From the NCBI GenBank assembly GCA_963737265.1, contig CAVTRY010000008.1, positions 1,446 to 65,445 on the forward strand: DNA of 64,000 bases. The letters run 5' to 3'. This document shows positions 1 through 8,356 of this stretch, piece after piece. Below the pieces are notes generated by a model. The model was not told the origin of the DNA. It was given only the letters and a program-made list of their open reading frames with translations, and made no database searches. The translations under genes and the position numbers were made by a program. The stretch's first letter is position 1, and each line of letters begins with the position of its first letter. This stretch comes from an uncultured delta proteobacterium (GTDB taxonomy: Bacteria; Myxococcota_A; Polyangia; Fen-1088).

Positions 1-162
1 CTTCACCCGTTGCACAACTTTCTCGCTGAACGGCTCCACGCCGTCGAGTAAGTCGCCAGGACAGAGAACCATCGTGCAGTCCATCTCACGAATGCGGGCG
101 AGGGCGCTATCGAGGCTGGCGACGTCGCCATGGATGTCCGAGAGGATCCCAACCTTGGTCAC
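1..162 (-). CDS. metallophosphoesterase, N-terminal part (gene runs off window start)
   Basis: Reverse translation is VTKVGILSDIHGDVASLDSALARIREMDCTMVLCPGDLLDG..., with D-x-H...GD metallophosphoesterase motifs. The GTG start overlaps the upstream stop (GTGA). Paralogue of 27361-27549. Confidence 0.6.
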   Translation of the reverse strand, partial: MTKVGILSDIHGDVASLDSALARIREMDCTMVLCPGDLLDGVEPFSEKVVQRVK

Positions 163-359
163 TTGGGCGGCTTTCGCTGGTCAATGAGCTTCCTCCGCTT
201 GCCGGCATCGTATTTGGCGAGCACTGCCAGCATTTCGCGCAAGTCGGCCTCGGCCTCATCTTTGGAATCACCGATGCCGTAGGCGCCTGGCACTTTTGGA
301 TCGTGTGCCGACCAGATGCCTTCTTCCTGGATGACAACTAGAGCGCGATCGTCCGGCAT
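159..359 (-). CDS. HicB-like (UPF0150) antitoxin-type small protein
   Basis: 66-aa reading MPDDRALVVIQEEGIWSAHDPKVPGAYGIGDSKDEAEADLREML.., taken from M31 of the 96-aa ORF. Its size and W.A..P..PG..G.G....EA pattern fit HicB-type proteins. Diverged paralogue at 27140-27364. Confidence 0.55.
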   Translation of the reverse strand: MPDDRALVVIQEEGIWSAHDPKVPGAYGIGDSKDEAEADLREMLAVLAKYDAGKRRKLIDQRKPPK

Positions 360-361
360 GC

Positions 362-543
362 TCACCGCAGTTTTTCCACGAGGATTGGCGCCTCTTCGTG
401 GATGAACTTCCAGATTTCTTCGGGCGTCGGCGGCTGCGGCCAGCCCCATGTGCCGGTTTCGTTATCGTCGCTGAATTCGTCCAGTCGCTCCCAATCGACG
501 CCGGGAAAGCGCTTTCGGGCCTCTGGCGGTTGGCGTTTGGCGC
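362..543 (-). pseudogene. DUF86/HepT-like protein, C-terminal half only (5' part replaced by repeat 544-680)
   Basis: ..[60 protein letters not shown] matches the C-terminal half of the 26818-27143 copy. The N-terminal part of the ORF (MGTYHDRAANLTGFLGPDGAFSSVF) is translation of the 140-bp repeat also found at 24536-24685. Confidence 0.5.
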
Positions 544-680
544 CGAAAACGCTCGAAAACGCCCCGTCAGGCCCCAGAAACCCGGTCAAGTTCGCTGCGC
601 GGTCGTGATAGGTCCCCACCTGATGCGGTCCGGCATGGTTCTCCGACGCTCAGAAAACCCCTTTGATTCGACTATGGTCC
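544..680. repeat. ~140-bp repeat, inverted copy of 24536-24685
   Basis: The reverse complement of 544-680 aligns almost base for base with 24536-24685, apart from one ~13-nt indel and a few substitutions. Confidence 0.85.
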
Positions 681-890
681 TCCCGGACGGTAGCGCATTC
701 GGATGTCGCCAGCCGCTGAGCGGATTGCTCAGTTTCCCTTACCGAGAAGCGGCCTGACCTGTCCGCGGGATTTAGGCACCAGACGGGACGACGGAAGGTA
801 TGCGCACACAGCTCGGCTGGGCGGGATGCTGAACTTCTACTACCGCGAGGCCGCATGACCATCGGCGATCGTTTACCGGACACCACGCGA

Positions 891-1844
891 TCAGAAGCAG
901 CAGCCGGTAACCGGCAGAGCCCAGCAGACTACGGTGCTGTCGGTTCTCACCGCGCAAGCTTCGCCGCCGGTACTCAGCGAAGTGAATATGCCCTGCGGGA
1001 CCGATGGTGGGTTCAATGCTGCCAGCCCCCAGCAAACAATTGTGCCGTCGGTTCTAAGACCGCATGCGGAACCCGTACCAACGCTGACCGAGGTGAAAGG
1101 ACCTCCGGGAATGCCACCTAGGACGCCACAAACCATCGAGCCGTCCGTCAGTATCCCGCAAATGTCGCTGTCGCCTGCGCTGACCGCGGCAAAAGAACCA
1201 CTCAAGGCGGTCCCTGCCCAAATTCCCCAGCAAGCCATACTCCGGTCCATGCGCAAGCCGCAGGCAAACCCATTGCCCGTGCTTACGGAGACGAACGTAC
1301 CCGAAGGCGAAGGAGGCGCCACGCCCCAGCAGGCGACCGTACCGTCGCCCCGCAGGGCGCAGGTACCAGAGCCCCCAGCACTCACGGCGACGAAGCTTCC
1401 GCCTGGCGACTCGATGTCGCCGGCCGAATCGTCGCCCCAGCATTCGATGCCGCCGTCGGTCTTCAGCCCACAGGCAAAGTCACCGCCTACACTAACCGAT
1501 GCGAACGAGCCATCGGGTGCGATCGCCTGGCCAACCTGATTAGCTCCCCAACAGGCAACTGTTCCATCGGTCTTAACTCCGCAGTCAGTGCCATAACCGA
1601 CGCTCACCGAAACGAAGGTCGCTCCGTCGGGCGGCCCCTGGATATAGGTGCTGCCGTCGAGGAGGCTACTTGGCCGCAGTAGATCCCCAGAAGTAGCAAG
1701 CGCAGTTTCGCCAGCGCCAGCGAAGGTGTCATGGACAAGAGAAGAAGAAGCGTCACCTGATGCGTCAGAACGAGTCCCAAGCGGAGGTGTACAGGCAAGG
1801 GTGAATAGCGCGAGCAAGACGGATCGTCTCATCGGTGTAATCAT
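891..1844 (-). CDS. RCC1/BLIP-II-type repeat lipoprotein
   Basis: N-terminal signal with lipobox (LLALFTLAC). Six or more repeats of the ..DG(T/S)(V/I)ACWG.. type, each followed by FxSVSxG..xxCG(L/V), typical of RCC1-like beta-propeller blades. Confidence 0.7.
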   Translation of the reverse strand: MITPMRRSVLLALFTLACTPPLGTRSDASGDASSSLVHDTFAGAGETALATSGDLLRPSSLLDGSTYIQGPPDGATFVSVSVGYGTDCGVKTDGTVACWGANQVGQAIAPDGSFASVSVGGDFACGLKTDGGIECWGDDSAGDIESPGGSFVAVSAGGSGTCALRGDGTVACWGVAPPSPSGTFVSVSTGNGFACGLRMDRSMACWGIWAGTALSGSFAAVSAGDSDICGILTDGSMVCGVLGGIPGGPFTSVSVGTGSACGLRTDGTIVCWGLAALNPPSVPQGIFTSLSTGGEACAVRTDSTVVCWALPVTGCCF

Positions 1845-2072
1845 AATAGCTTACGGTCGGGGAGCGACACCAATCAAGAGATTATTCTCCGCTCCGTCGG
1901 ACACGTGATGCCCTAGCATGAAGCAGCCCGACAATATGCCGCATCAGGTCAGGCCTGCTTTCACGAGAATGGAAAGCTCTCTCCGGTGTTCTGGGACTAT
2001 GCACGACGGGCCATTCCAAGCGACCTGCTGGGGTGGCCAAAGGCCTTCTCCTCGCTTTAGGTACGAAAGTAT

Positions 2073-4103
2073 TCAGGGGGTGCAACACAGAATAGCATGT
2101 GGGGCACCTGGGTAGCCGTCGGTTGAGTAATAGATCGTACTCAACCCTGCGACGTATTGGCCGCTCGGACATTGCCCTTTATAGAACGTATTGTCCCAAT
2201 CGGGACTTGAGTATCCTTGCGAATCACCTGAGTAGAAAATCTCCCGGTGACAGTTGTTGGTGGAGTGAGTAGTCACAGCCAACGGACAGCATAGCAACGT
2301 GTCCACATAGCCAGGTGTCGAGAAGTACGGGGCGGCATCTTGCGCAATTCCCTGTACGATTTCGTTCGGTCCACACTCTCCCTTTACAAAGCGATAGTCC
2401 CATTCCCCTGTATTTGTCGGCGGCACACGATTGTCTGCACCATGAAAGGACACTGCGTGACACTGGGAAGGCGTGCTCAATGTCTTACCAGCCGGGCCAC
2501 ACTGGACCGCATGTGCCTGGTTCGTTCCATTCGGGTACTTGGAAAGTCCGGTCACATAAGAACCTTGGTAGCACTCCCCTTTGTACTCGTACGGCGCCCA
2601 GTCGGCCGACAGCGGATTCCACTGGTACCCATAGTTCGTTAGCCAAAAGTTGCGAGGCGTGTTCCCAATATAAAAGGCTCCATTGGATGAATTGACTAAC
2701 CCGTACTCGACCGGATCTGTCGAACCTGTGCCGCTGGACTGGGTGCCTTGCCCTAGCACGAAGGTGTTGTCGGAGCCCTTGGATGTGACGACGAAGGAAT
2801 TGAAAAAGGACAAAGCTTGGCCGCTTCCCGAACGAGGGTCGGCCCCGCTCCCCATGCGCGTGAGCCAACTGGAATTGGTAGCCGGCATTTCCGCGATTTC
2901 ACCGCCAATTTGGAAACCGTCGGCTGAAGACTCGAAGCCACCACTGAAGTCGGACAGAGAAAAGTAGCCTAGCGTTCCCCCATAGGAACTCGGCTGCCCA
3001 GGATTAAACATGACATAGACGTACCACCCGGGAGGATTAGCCGAGCTGCTCCTGTAGATTTGGACCAACATTGATTGCTGAACTCCGCCTGGCACGCCCG
3101 TAGGAAGCAGAGCGTCTGGCGTTATAATGGAGGTTGTTCCCGGAAGTTGATGCCAGGTGAGTGTATTATGATATCCATTGTTTGTTGCGAGAACTTTGAA
3201 GTGCAGCTGGGTCGGCGCGCTTCCGTACTCTGTCGCGACCATCGAGCCGACCTCGATCGTCCTCATACAAGGAACGAGCGATTGCCCATTAGTGCCCACA
3301 GTCTTATCGTTATCGCAGGTATAGATCCCCTGCGTATTAATGCCACATCCACGCATCAGCCATAGCTGGGTTATGCTATGGTAGTATGTCACTTGTGGCG
3401 TTCCATAAGGAACCCCAGGCGTATATAGCATCCATTGTGTATTGGCTGTGGTAATACCATTGCCAGTGCCCCCCTGTTCCGAATTCTCCACGGCATGTAC
3501 ATACCCGGGAAGCTCAGGAAGGTCGGGGCATTCATAACCAGGCGTAGCAGGTGGGGCCGCGTGGCTCAAAGTTCTGTTTAGGAAAGCATCAAGTCCTCCG
3601 GCAGCTTGAATCTCCGCGAGGGTCTGGCGAAGAATGGGCACCGTCCCTTGCGGACAGACTCGGGGTTGGCCGTGGACGTCCGGGTATCCGTTGAACCAGA
3701 ATTCGTCTGAAGGTACAGGAGAAACGACAAGCAAACTCGTCACACTATCCGGCGGTTCGGGCGGCTGAGGGAGCACTGTATAGGGAGTTCCTTTTGCGGC
3801 CTGCACCTTGGCATCGGGCGTGGCGAAATAGTCCACGCAATCAATGGTCTCTCCCCCCTTGGTCAAGAAGGAATGTCTTATGTCGGCTGGGTGGTAACGA
3901 GCGTCTAGATACGTCTGAATCTTCGAGGTCTCCATCGGACTGAACGTCGAAGCGCTTGGCGTCTGACTTTGACTAGGTTGAGCGGTGGTTATCGGGCTCG
4001 TCACTGTGCTTCCCAGCTCCTGAAAAGGACGTTCGACATCGACACCGTCTGCCCTCGCTGCAAAACCCCGCTGCGCTGCTGAGCGACAATTACATCTCCC
4101 CAA
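2073..4103 (-). CDS. neprosin-like (DUF239, glutamic peptidase-type) domain protein with C-terminal Cys-rich repeats; probably 5'-truncated
   Basis: ..GGETIDCVDYFATPDAK.. resembles the neprosin activation-peptide motif (IDCVD), and ..TIEVGSMVATEYGS..LHFKVLATNNGY.. resembles the neprosin core. The C-terminus has three repeats of YKGEC/VKGEC/YKGQC ... LCC. The first ~30 codons of the ORF overlap an IS91 fragment (4011-4076). No signal peptide remains. The first internal Met is at 3935. Confidence 0.5.
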   Translation of the reverse strand: MGRCNCRSAAQRGFAARADGVDVERPFQELGSTVTSPITTAQPSQSQTPSASTFSPMETSKIQTYLDARYHPADIRHSFLTKGGETIDCVDYFATPDAKVQAAKGTPYTVLPQPPEPPDSVTSLLVVSPVPSDEFWFNGYPDVHGQPRVCPQGTVPILRQTLAEIQAAGGLDAFLNRTLSHAAPPATPGYECPDLPELPGYVHAVENSEQGGTGNGITTANTQWMLYTPGVPYGTPQVTYYHSITQLWLMRGCGINTQGIYTCDNDKTVGTNGQSLVPCMRTIEVGSMVATEYGSAPTQLHFKVLATNNGYHNTLTWHQLPGTTSIITPDALLPTGVPGGVQQSMLVQIYRSSSANPPGWYVYVMFNPGQPSSYGGTLGYFSLSDFSGGFESSADGFQIGGEIAEMPATNSSWLTRMGSGADPRSGSGQALSFFNSFVVTSKGSDNTFVLGQGTQSSGTGSTDPVEYGLVNSSNGAFYIGNTPRNFWLTNYGYQWNPLSADWAPYEYKGECYQGSYVTGLSKYPNGTNQAHAVQCGPAGKTLSTPSQCHAVSFHGADNRVPPTNTGEWDYRFVKGECGPNEIVQGIAQDAAPYFSTPGYVDTLLCCPLAVTTHSTNNCHREIFYSGDSQGYSSPDWDNTFYKGQCPSGQYVAGLSTIYYSTDGYPGAPHAILCCTP
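4011..4076 (+). pseudogene. IS91-family transposase C-terminal fragment
   Basis: Plus-strand translation SQLLKRTFDIDTVCPRCKTPLR matches SQLLKNTFEIDTVCPRCKTPLR of the intact transposase at 24731-26236. It is cut off by the IS21 left end at 4077. Confidence 0.75.
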
Positions 4104-4188
4104 AGACGACAGCTACGTCGCCCCGCTTTGAGGCGCGACGGTGACCGTGAGGTAGACCTCCAAGCCCGCAAGCGGGCAGGAGGCACCT

Positions 4189-5688
4189 TTGAAGCCGGTC
4201 ACCGACGCCCAAGTGAGGCGTTTGATGGAAGAGATGAGCAAGATTGGAAAAGTAGGCCAGGCCGCCATGAAGGCGGGCATGGACCGGAAGACAGGGCGGC
4301 GATACATCGCCGCGGGCAAGCTACCGTCGGAGCTACGGCAGCCGCGGTGGTGGCGGACGCGCCCTGACGCGTTCGCCGAGGACTGGCCAGCCGTGGCCAA
4401 GTTGCTGGAGGAAACGCCTGGGCTGGAGGCTCAGACGGTGCTGGAGCTGCTGGAGGCGAAGCAGCCAGGGCGGTACAACGAGAGCCATCTTCGGACAATG
4501 CAGCGGCGAATCCGTCGCTGGCGGGCCGAGCATGGTCCTGCGCGTGAGATTTGGTTCACGCAGGCGCATCGGCCCGGTGAAGCCGCGCAAACCGACTTCA
4601 CGTCGACGGCGGAGCTTGGTGTGACGATCGTGGGCCAGCTATTTGTGCACCTTTTGTGCGTGACGGTGCTGCCGTACTCGAACTGGCAATGGGCGACCGC
4701 GTGTCTGTCGGAGTCTCTGGCAGCGCTTCGGCGAGGGATCCAGTCGGCGCTGTTCCAGCTTGGGCGGGTGCCGCGATACCACCAAACCGACCACTCGACG
4801 GCGGCGACACATCAGATCGCTCGCGATGCGGAAGATCGCACTTTCAACGATGAATACAAGGCGGTCATGCGGCACCTCGGAATGGAGCCACGAACTACAG
4901 CCGTCGGGGCCAAGGAACAAAACGGCGATGTGGAGGCCAGCAACGGCGCGCTCAAGCGTCGGCTTGAACAAGCGCTGCTGGTGCGTGGCAGCCGCGACTT
5001 CGCGGACCAAGACGACTACGAACGCTTCGTAGCCAAGGTGGTCCGCAAAGCCAACGCTTCGCGAGGCCCGCGCGTCGCCGAGGAGATCGAAGCCATGCGG
5101 CCGCTGGTGGTGGAGCGTTTGCCGGAGTACGCAGAAATGACGGCACCTGTGGCGTCGACGAGCACCATCCGGGTCAAGTCGTGCGCCTACTCGGTGCCGT
5201 CGAGGCTGATCGGCGCACGGGTGAGAGTCCGCGTGTTCGAGCACCGAATCGAGGTGTACTACGCCGACAACTTGGAATTGGCCTGCGACAGGCTGCGAGG
5301 CAAGACCGCGCGCATCGACTACCGGCACGTCATCTGGTCTTTGGTGCGCAAGCCGGGCGCGTTTTCTCGCTACGTCTACCGAGAAGAGCTGTTTCCAAGC
5401 GTGACTTTCAGGCGGGCATACGACGCGATCCAGGCGACCAAGCCTGGAATCAAAGGCGACGTTGAATACCTGCGCATTCTTCACCTGGCCGCCAGCACGA
5501 TGGAAGCCGATGTCGAGCAAGCGCTCACGACTCTGCTTGCCGATGGGACCATCTTGACGGCGGATGCAACCAAGAAGAGATGCACACAGGCGACGGACAG
5601 TACCTATCCACCGAGCGTCCCCGCGCTCGAAGCACCGCTGGTCGATCTCGCGTCCTACGACCTGCTCCTCGAACAGGTGGCATCATGA
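4189..5688 (+). CDS. istA: IS21-family transposase IstA
   Basis: 499 aa with an N-terminal HTH and a DDE integrase core (..AAQTDFT.., ..YHQTDHSTA.., ..KEQNGDVEASNG..). TTG start preceded by AGGAGG. Followed by istB. Confidence 0.85.
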   Translation: MKPVTDAQVRRLMEEMSKIGKVGQAAMKAGMDRKTGRRYIAAGKLPSELRQPRWWRTRPDAFAEDWPAVAKLLEETPGLEAQTVLELLEAKQPGRYNESHLRTMQRRIRRWRAEHGPAREIWFTQAHRPGEAAQTDFTSTAELGVTIVGQLFVHLLCVTVLPYSNWQWATACLSESLAALRRGIQSALFQLGRVPRYHQTDHSTAATHQIARDAEDRTFNDEYKAVMRHLGMEPRTTAVGAKEQNGDVEASNGALKRRLEQALLVRGSRDFADQDDYERFVAKVVRKANASRGPRVAEEIEAMRPLVVERLPEYAEMTAPVASTSTIRVKSCAYSVPSRLIGARVRVRVFEHRIEVYYADNLELACDRLRGKTARIDYRHVIWSLVRKPGAFSRYVYREELFPSVTFRRAYDAIQATKPGIKGDVEYLRILHLAASTMEADVEQALTTLLADGTILTADATKKRCTQATDSTYPPSVPALEAPLVDLASYDLLLEQVAS

Positions 5689-6533
5689 CCAACGTCTCCG
5701 TAGACACGGTCAAGCCGAGCGCGCTCGACGCTCTGCTGGTGCTTCTGCGCGCGCTCAAGCTGCCTGCCTTCACCCGGCACGCCGAGGAGATCGCGATCAA
5801 GGCCAGCCGCGAGGGGTGGACCTTCAGCCAATACCTCCAGCACCTGGCCGAACTGGAAATCGAAGAGCGCCGAACCCGTCGCATCGATCGCGCGCTTCGC
5901 GATTCGGACCTTCCCACGGAGAAAACCCTGGCCACCCTGGAACGTGGTCGGCTGTCACCCAAGGTGATGAAGCAGATGGCGAGCCTGTGTGAGGGTGGCT
6001 TTGTCGAACGTGGGGAGAACCTGCTCGTCTTCGGACTGCCCGGCCGAGGCAAAAGTCACGTTGTGGCTGCCATCGGCCACGAACTCATCCGGCGCGGCTA
6101 CCGGGTCCTCTTCACGCCGACCTTCGCGCTTGTCCAGAGGCTGCTGGCCGCCAAGCGCGACCTTCGCCTGGAACGAGAACTGGCCGCGCTCGACATCTAT
6201 CACGCCGTGATCCTCGACGACATCGGCTACGTCCAGCAGAGCCGCGATGAAATGGAGGTCCTTTTCACCTTCCTGGCCGAGCGGTACGAACGCAAGAGCG
6301 TCCTCATCACCAGCAACCTGGTATTCAGCGATTGGATCCGCATTTTCAAGGATCCCATGACCACCGCCGCCGCCATCGACCGACTGGTCCACCACGCGGT
6401 CATCCTTGAGATGACCGGCCCCAGCTACCGCAGCGAAGAAGCACGAAAGAGAGGCGTCACCACCCCAGCGACAACTACGACAACTACCGATCAACCAACG
6501 ACAACTACCCCCGACAACAATGGGGCGATGTAA
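5685..6533 (+). CDS. istB: IS21-family helper ATPase IstB
   Basis: Walker A GLPGRGKSH and Walker B VILDDIGY, plus the IstB signature ..LITSNLVFSDW... The start at M36 of the ORF overlaps the istA stop (ATGA). Confidence 0.9.
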   Translation: MTNVSVDTVKPSALDALLVLLRALKLPAFTRHAEEIAIKASREGWTFSQYLQHLAELEIEERRTRRIDRALRDSDLPTEKTLATLERGRLSPKVMKQMASLCEGGFVERGENLLVFGLPGRGKSHVVAAIGHELIRRGYRVLFTPTFALVQRLLAAKRDLRLERELAALDIYHAVILDDIGYVQQSRDEMEVLFTFLAERYERKSVLITSNLVFSDWIRIFKDPMTTAAAIDRLVHHAVILEMTGPSYRSEEARKRGVTTPATTTTTTDQPTTTTPDNNGAM

Positions 6534-6569
6534 TTGACGTCACCGGGTGAATGTAGTTGACGTCCAGCA

Positions 6570-7213
6570 CCGAGGGACCGCGCGACACCGCGACACTGCT
6601 AAATGGGGGTGGTCCGGTGGGTTTCAATCCACGCGCGGGCCCGAGGGACCGCGCGACCAACCCTCGCAAGATTTCTCCACATGCTAAGAAGTTTCAATCC
6701 ACGCGCGGGCCCGAGGGACCGCGCGACCGAGCCTTCCGGCCGCCCGACAAGCTGCCAGGAGTTTCAATCCACGCGCGGGCCCGAGGGACCGCGCGACGCT
6801 CTGGCACGATCCCAGCGCGCCCTGATCAAGAGTTTCAATCCACGCGCGGGCCCGAGGGACCGCGCGACTTGCCCGAGTTTTTGCCCCGGCATCATGGGCT
6901 GGTTTCAATCCACGCGCGGGCCCGAGGGACCGCGCGACGAGCTGTCGTCGACGTGGCCGACCCAGCATTGATGTTTCAATCCACGCGCGGGCCCGAGGGA
7001 CCGCGCGACAGTTGAATGAAAGCGTCGGTGACTTCATGCACTTGTTTCAATCCACGCGCGGGCCCGAGGGACCGCGCGACACGGATCGCGACGATACTCT
7101 GGCAATGTCCAATCGTGTTTCAATCCACGCGCGGGCCCGAGGGACCGCGCGACCTGTTGGCGTCTACTCTGCTGGACTCGGGCGCAAGGTTTCAATCCAC
7201 GCGCGGGCCCGAG
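6570..7213 (-). CRISPR. CRISPR array, trailer-side segment (type I-C repeat)
   Basis: Composition: a 17-nt partial repeat (6570-6586), 8 full 37-bp repeats GTTTCAATCCACGCGCGGGCCCGAGGGACCGCGCGAC starting at 6621, 6691, 6761, 6832, 6902, 6973, 7044 and 7117, then a 25-nt partial repeat (7189-7213). Nine spacers of 33-36 bp. The minus-strand repeat ends ..GGATTGAAAC, typical of I-C. Confidence 0.95.
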
Positions 7214-7319
7214 TGTTGCCACGCAAACAGGCTGATGGGTTTGCGGTCCAGATAGCAGATGGGCATCGCGAAGGTGACAGGGTGCCTGTCACTTCCGTGA
7301 TGCCCATCATTGGGTCGGT

Positions 7320-7544
7320 TCAGAAGCAGTCGTCGTGAGGGCCGTCGGGGACAGATTCCCAGACGGCGTCAGGGGGCCTGGGTGTTTCGATCCCGCGCAA
7401 CGCCTGCAGGTCGGCGATGGCATCGCCATGGGCACGCCAGATGGCTGCGATGGCCCGCTCGAACACGTCGACGATGGTCAGGGCATACGATGCGTCCATT
7501 GGAGGCAGATGGATCTGGGCGTGTGGTGGCGGTGGGCGCCTCAT
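7320..7544 (-). CDS. small hypothetical protein (transposon cargo, translationally coupled to the TniB-like gene)
   Basis: 74-aa ORF whose start overlaps the TniB-like stop. No recognisable motifs. Confidence 0.3.
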   Translation of the reverse strand: MRRPPPPHAQIHLPPMDASYALTIVDVFERAIAAIWRAHGDAIADLQALRGIETPRPPDAVWESVPDGPHDDCF

Positions 7545-8356
7545 GCTGGATCCCTGGGTTCGGAGTCGACGATACGGGTGATGGCATCGCGCTCGACGAG
7601 TTTTCGCTTTCTGCGGGCGGCGTCGCGAAGGGCGGCGGTGGCGAGCCGGTCGAGGTCGCGCAAAGATCCGGCGGCGGCTTCGTGGAGCATGGCCAAGGCG
7701 TCGGCCGTGACAAGCTCGCGGTCGCAGCCTGATTGTTTGAGTCTGGAGCGAATGTAGTCGGCGGTGTCGTCCGGGGTCAGGGGCGCGACATTGAGCCGGG
7801 TGTAAATGCGCGAGTACAAGGATCGATTGCGACGGAGGACGAGCCTGTCGGAAAGTTCTGGCAGGCCGACGAGGACGAGGGACAGGAGCGCCCTACTGTC
7901 CCACTGGTAGTTCAGCAAAATGTGCAGATGATCCAGCATGTCTTGGTGGAGCAGGTGGGCCTCATCCAAGAGGAAGACCGGGTGAACACGCTCGCGGCCA
8001 AGATCTTCGACGTGGGAGGAGACGGCGAAGAAGAGAGCCGCGGCGGCGGCGGAAGGCGCGAGCCCCAAGGCGAGACAAAGCTGGCGATAGAAATCGCGGC
8101 GGCCGAGAGTGGCGTTGTGGCAGTAGGTCAGACGGAAACCAGTTTGCGGCAGCCTGTGGCGCAAGGCACGCAGGACGCAGGTTTTGCCGGCGCCGGGATC
8201 GCCAGTGAGGATAATGGACGCACGCTCATGGAGCGCCTCGCACAGCTCGTGTACCAGGGCCTCCTTGGAAGGCGGCATCCACAGGTCGACGTCGGCAATC
8301 TCCTTGGAGAAGGGGGCGCGTTCGAGGGCGAAGTGGCCGAGATAGGCAGGCGTCAT
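7541..8356 (-). CDS. AAA+ ATPase, TniB/ExeA-like transposition helper
   Basis: Walker A GDPGAGKT and Walker B VFLLDEAH. 271 aa. ATGA overlap with the upstream DDE transposase. Confidence 0.75.
   Translation of the reverse strand: MTPAYLGHFALERAPFSKEIADVDLWMPPSKEALVHELCEALHERASIILTGDPGAGKTCVLRALRHRLPQTGFRLTYCHNATLGRRDFYRQLCLALGLAPSAAAAALFFAVSSHVEDLGRERVHPVFLLDEAHLLHQDMLDHLHILLNYQWDSRALLSLVLVGLPELSDRLVLRRNRSLYSRIYTRLNVAPLTPDDTADYIRSRLKQSGCDRELVTADALAMLHEAAAGSLRDLDRLATAALRDAARRKRKLVERDAITRIVDSEPRDPA

Larger units (their letters stand above)
4077..6569 (+). mobile_element. IS21-family insertion sequence (istA-istB)
   Basis: The terminal inverted repeats align: left TGCTGAGCGACAATTACATCTCCCC, right (reverse complement) TGCTGGACGTCAACTACATTCACCC, with a second subterminal repeat copy. 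The element contains istA/istB with an ATGA overlap. No flanking target duplication. Confidence 0.85.

Noticed and set aside
3936-4103. N-terminal 56 codons of the 676-aa ORF (MGRCNCRSAAQRGFAARADGVDVERPFQEL..).
   Set aside because: This stretch overlaps, in another frame, the IS91 transposase fragment and the IS21 left end. It is unlikely to be native coding sequence of the neprosin-like gene.
4639-6494. Antisense ORFs within IS21 (4639-5520, 5525-6052, 5955-6494), and within the IS91 and Tn genes (for example 25485-25982 and 8682-9197).
   Set aside because: They lie opposite well-supported transposase and ATPase genes and are high-GC artefacts.
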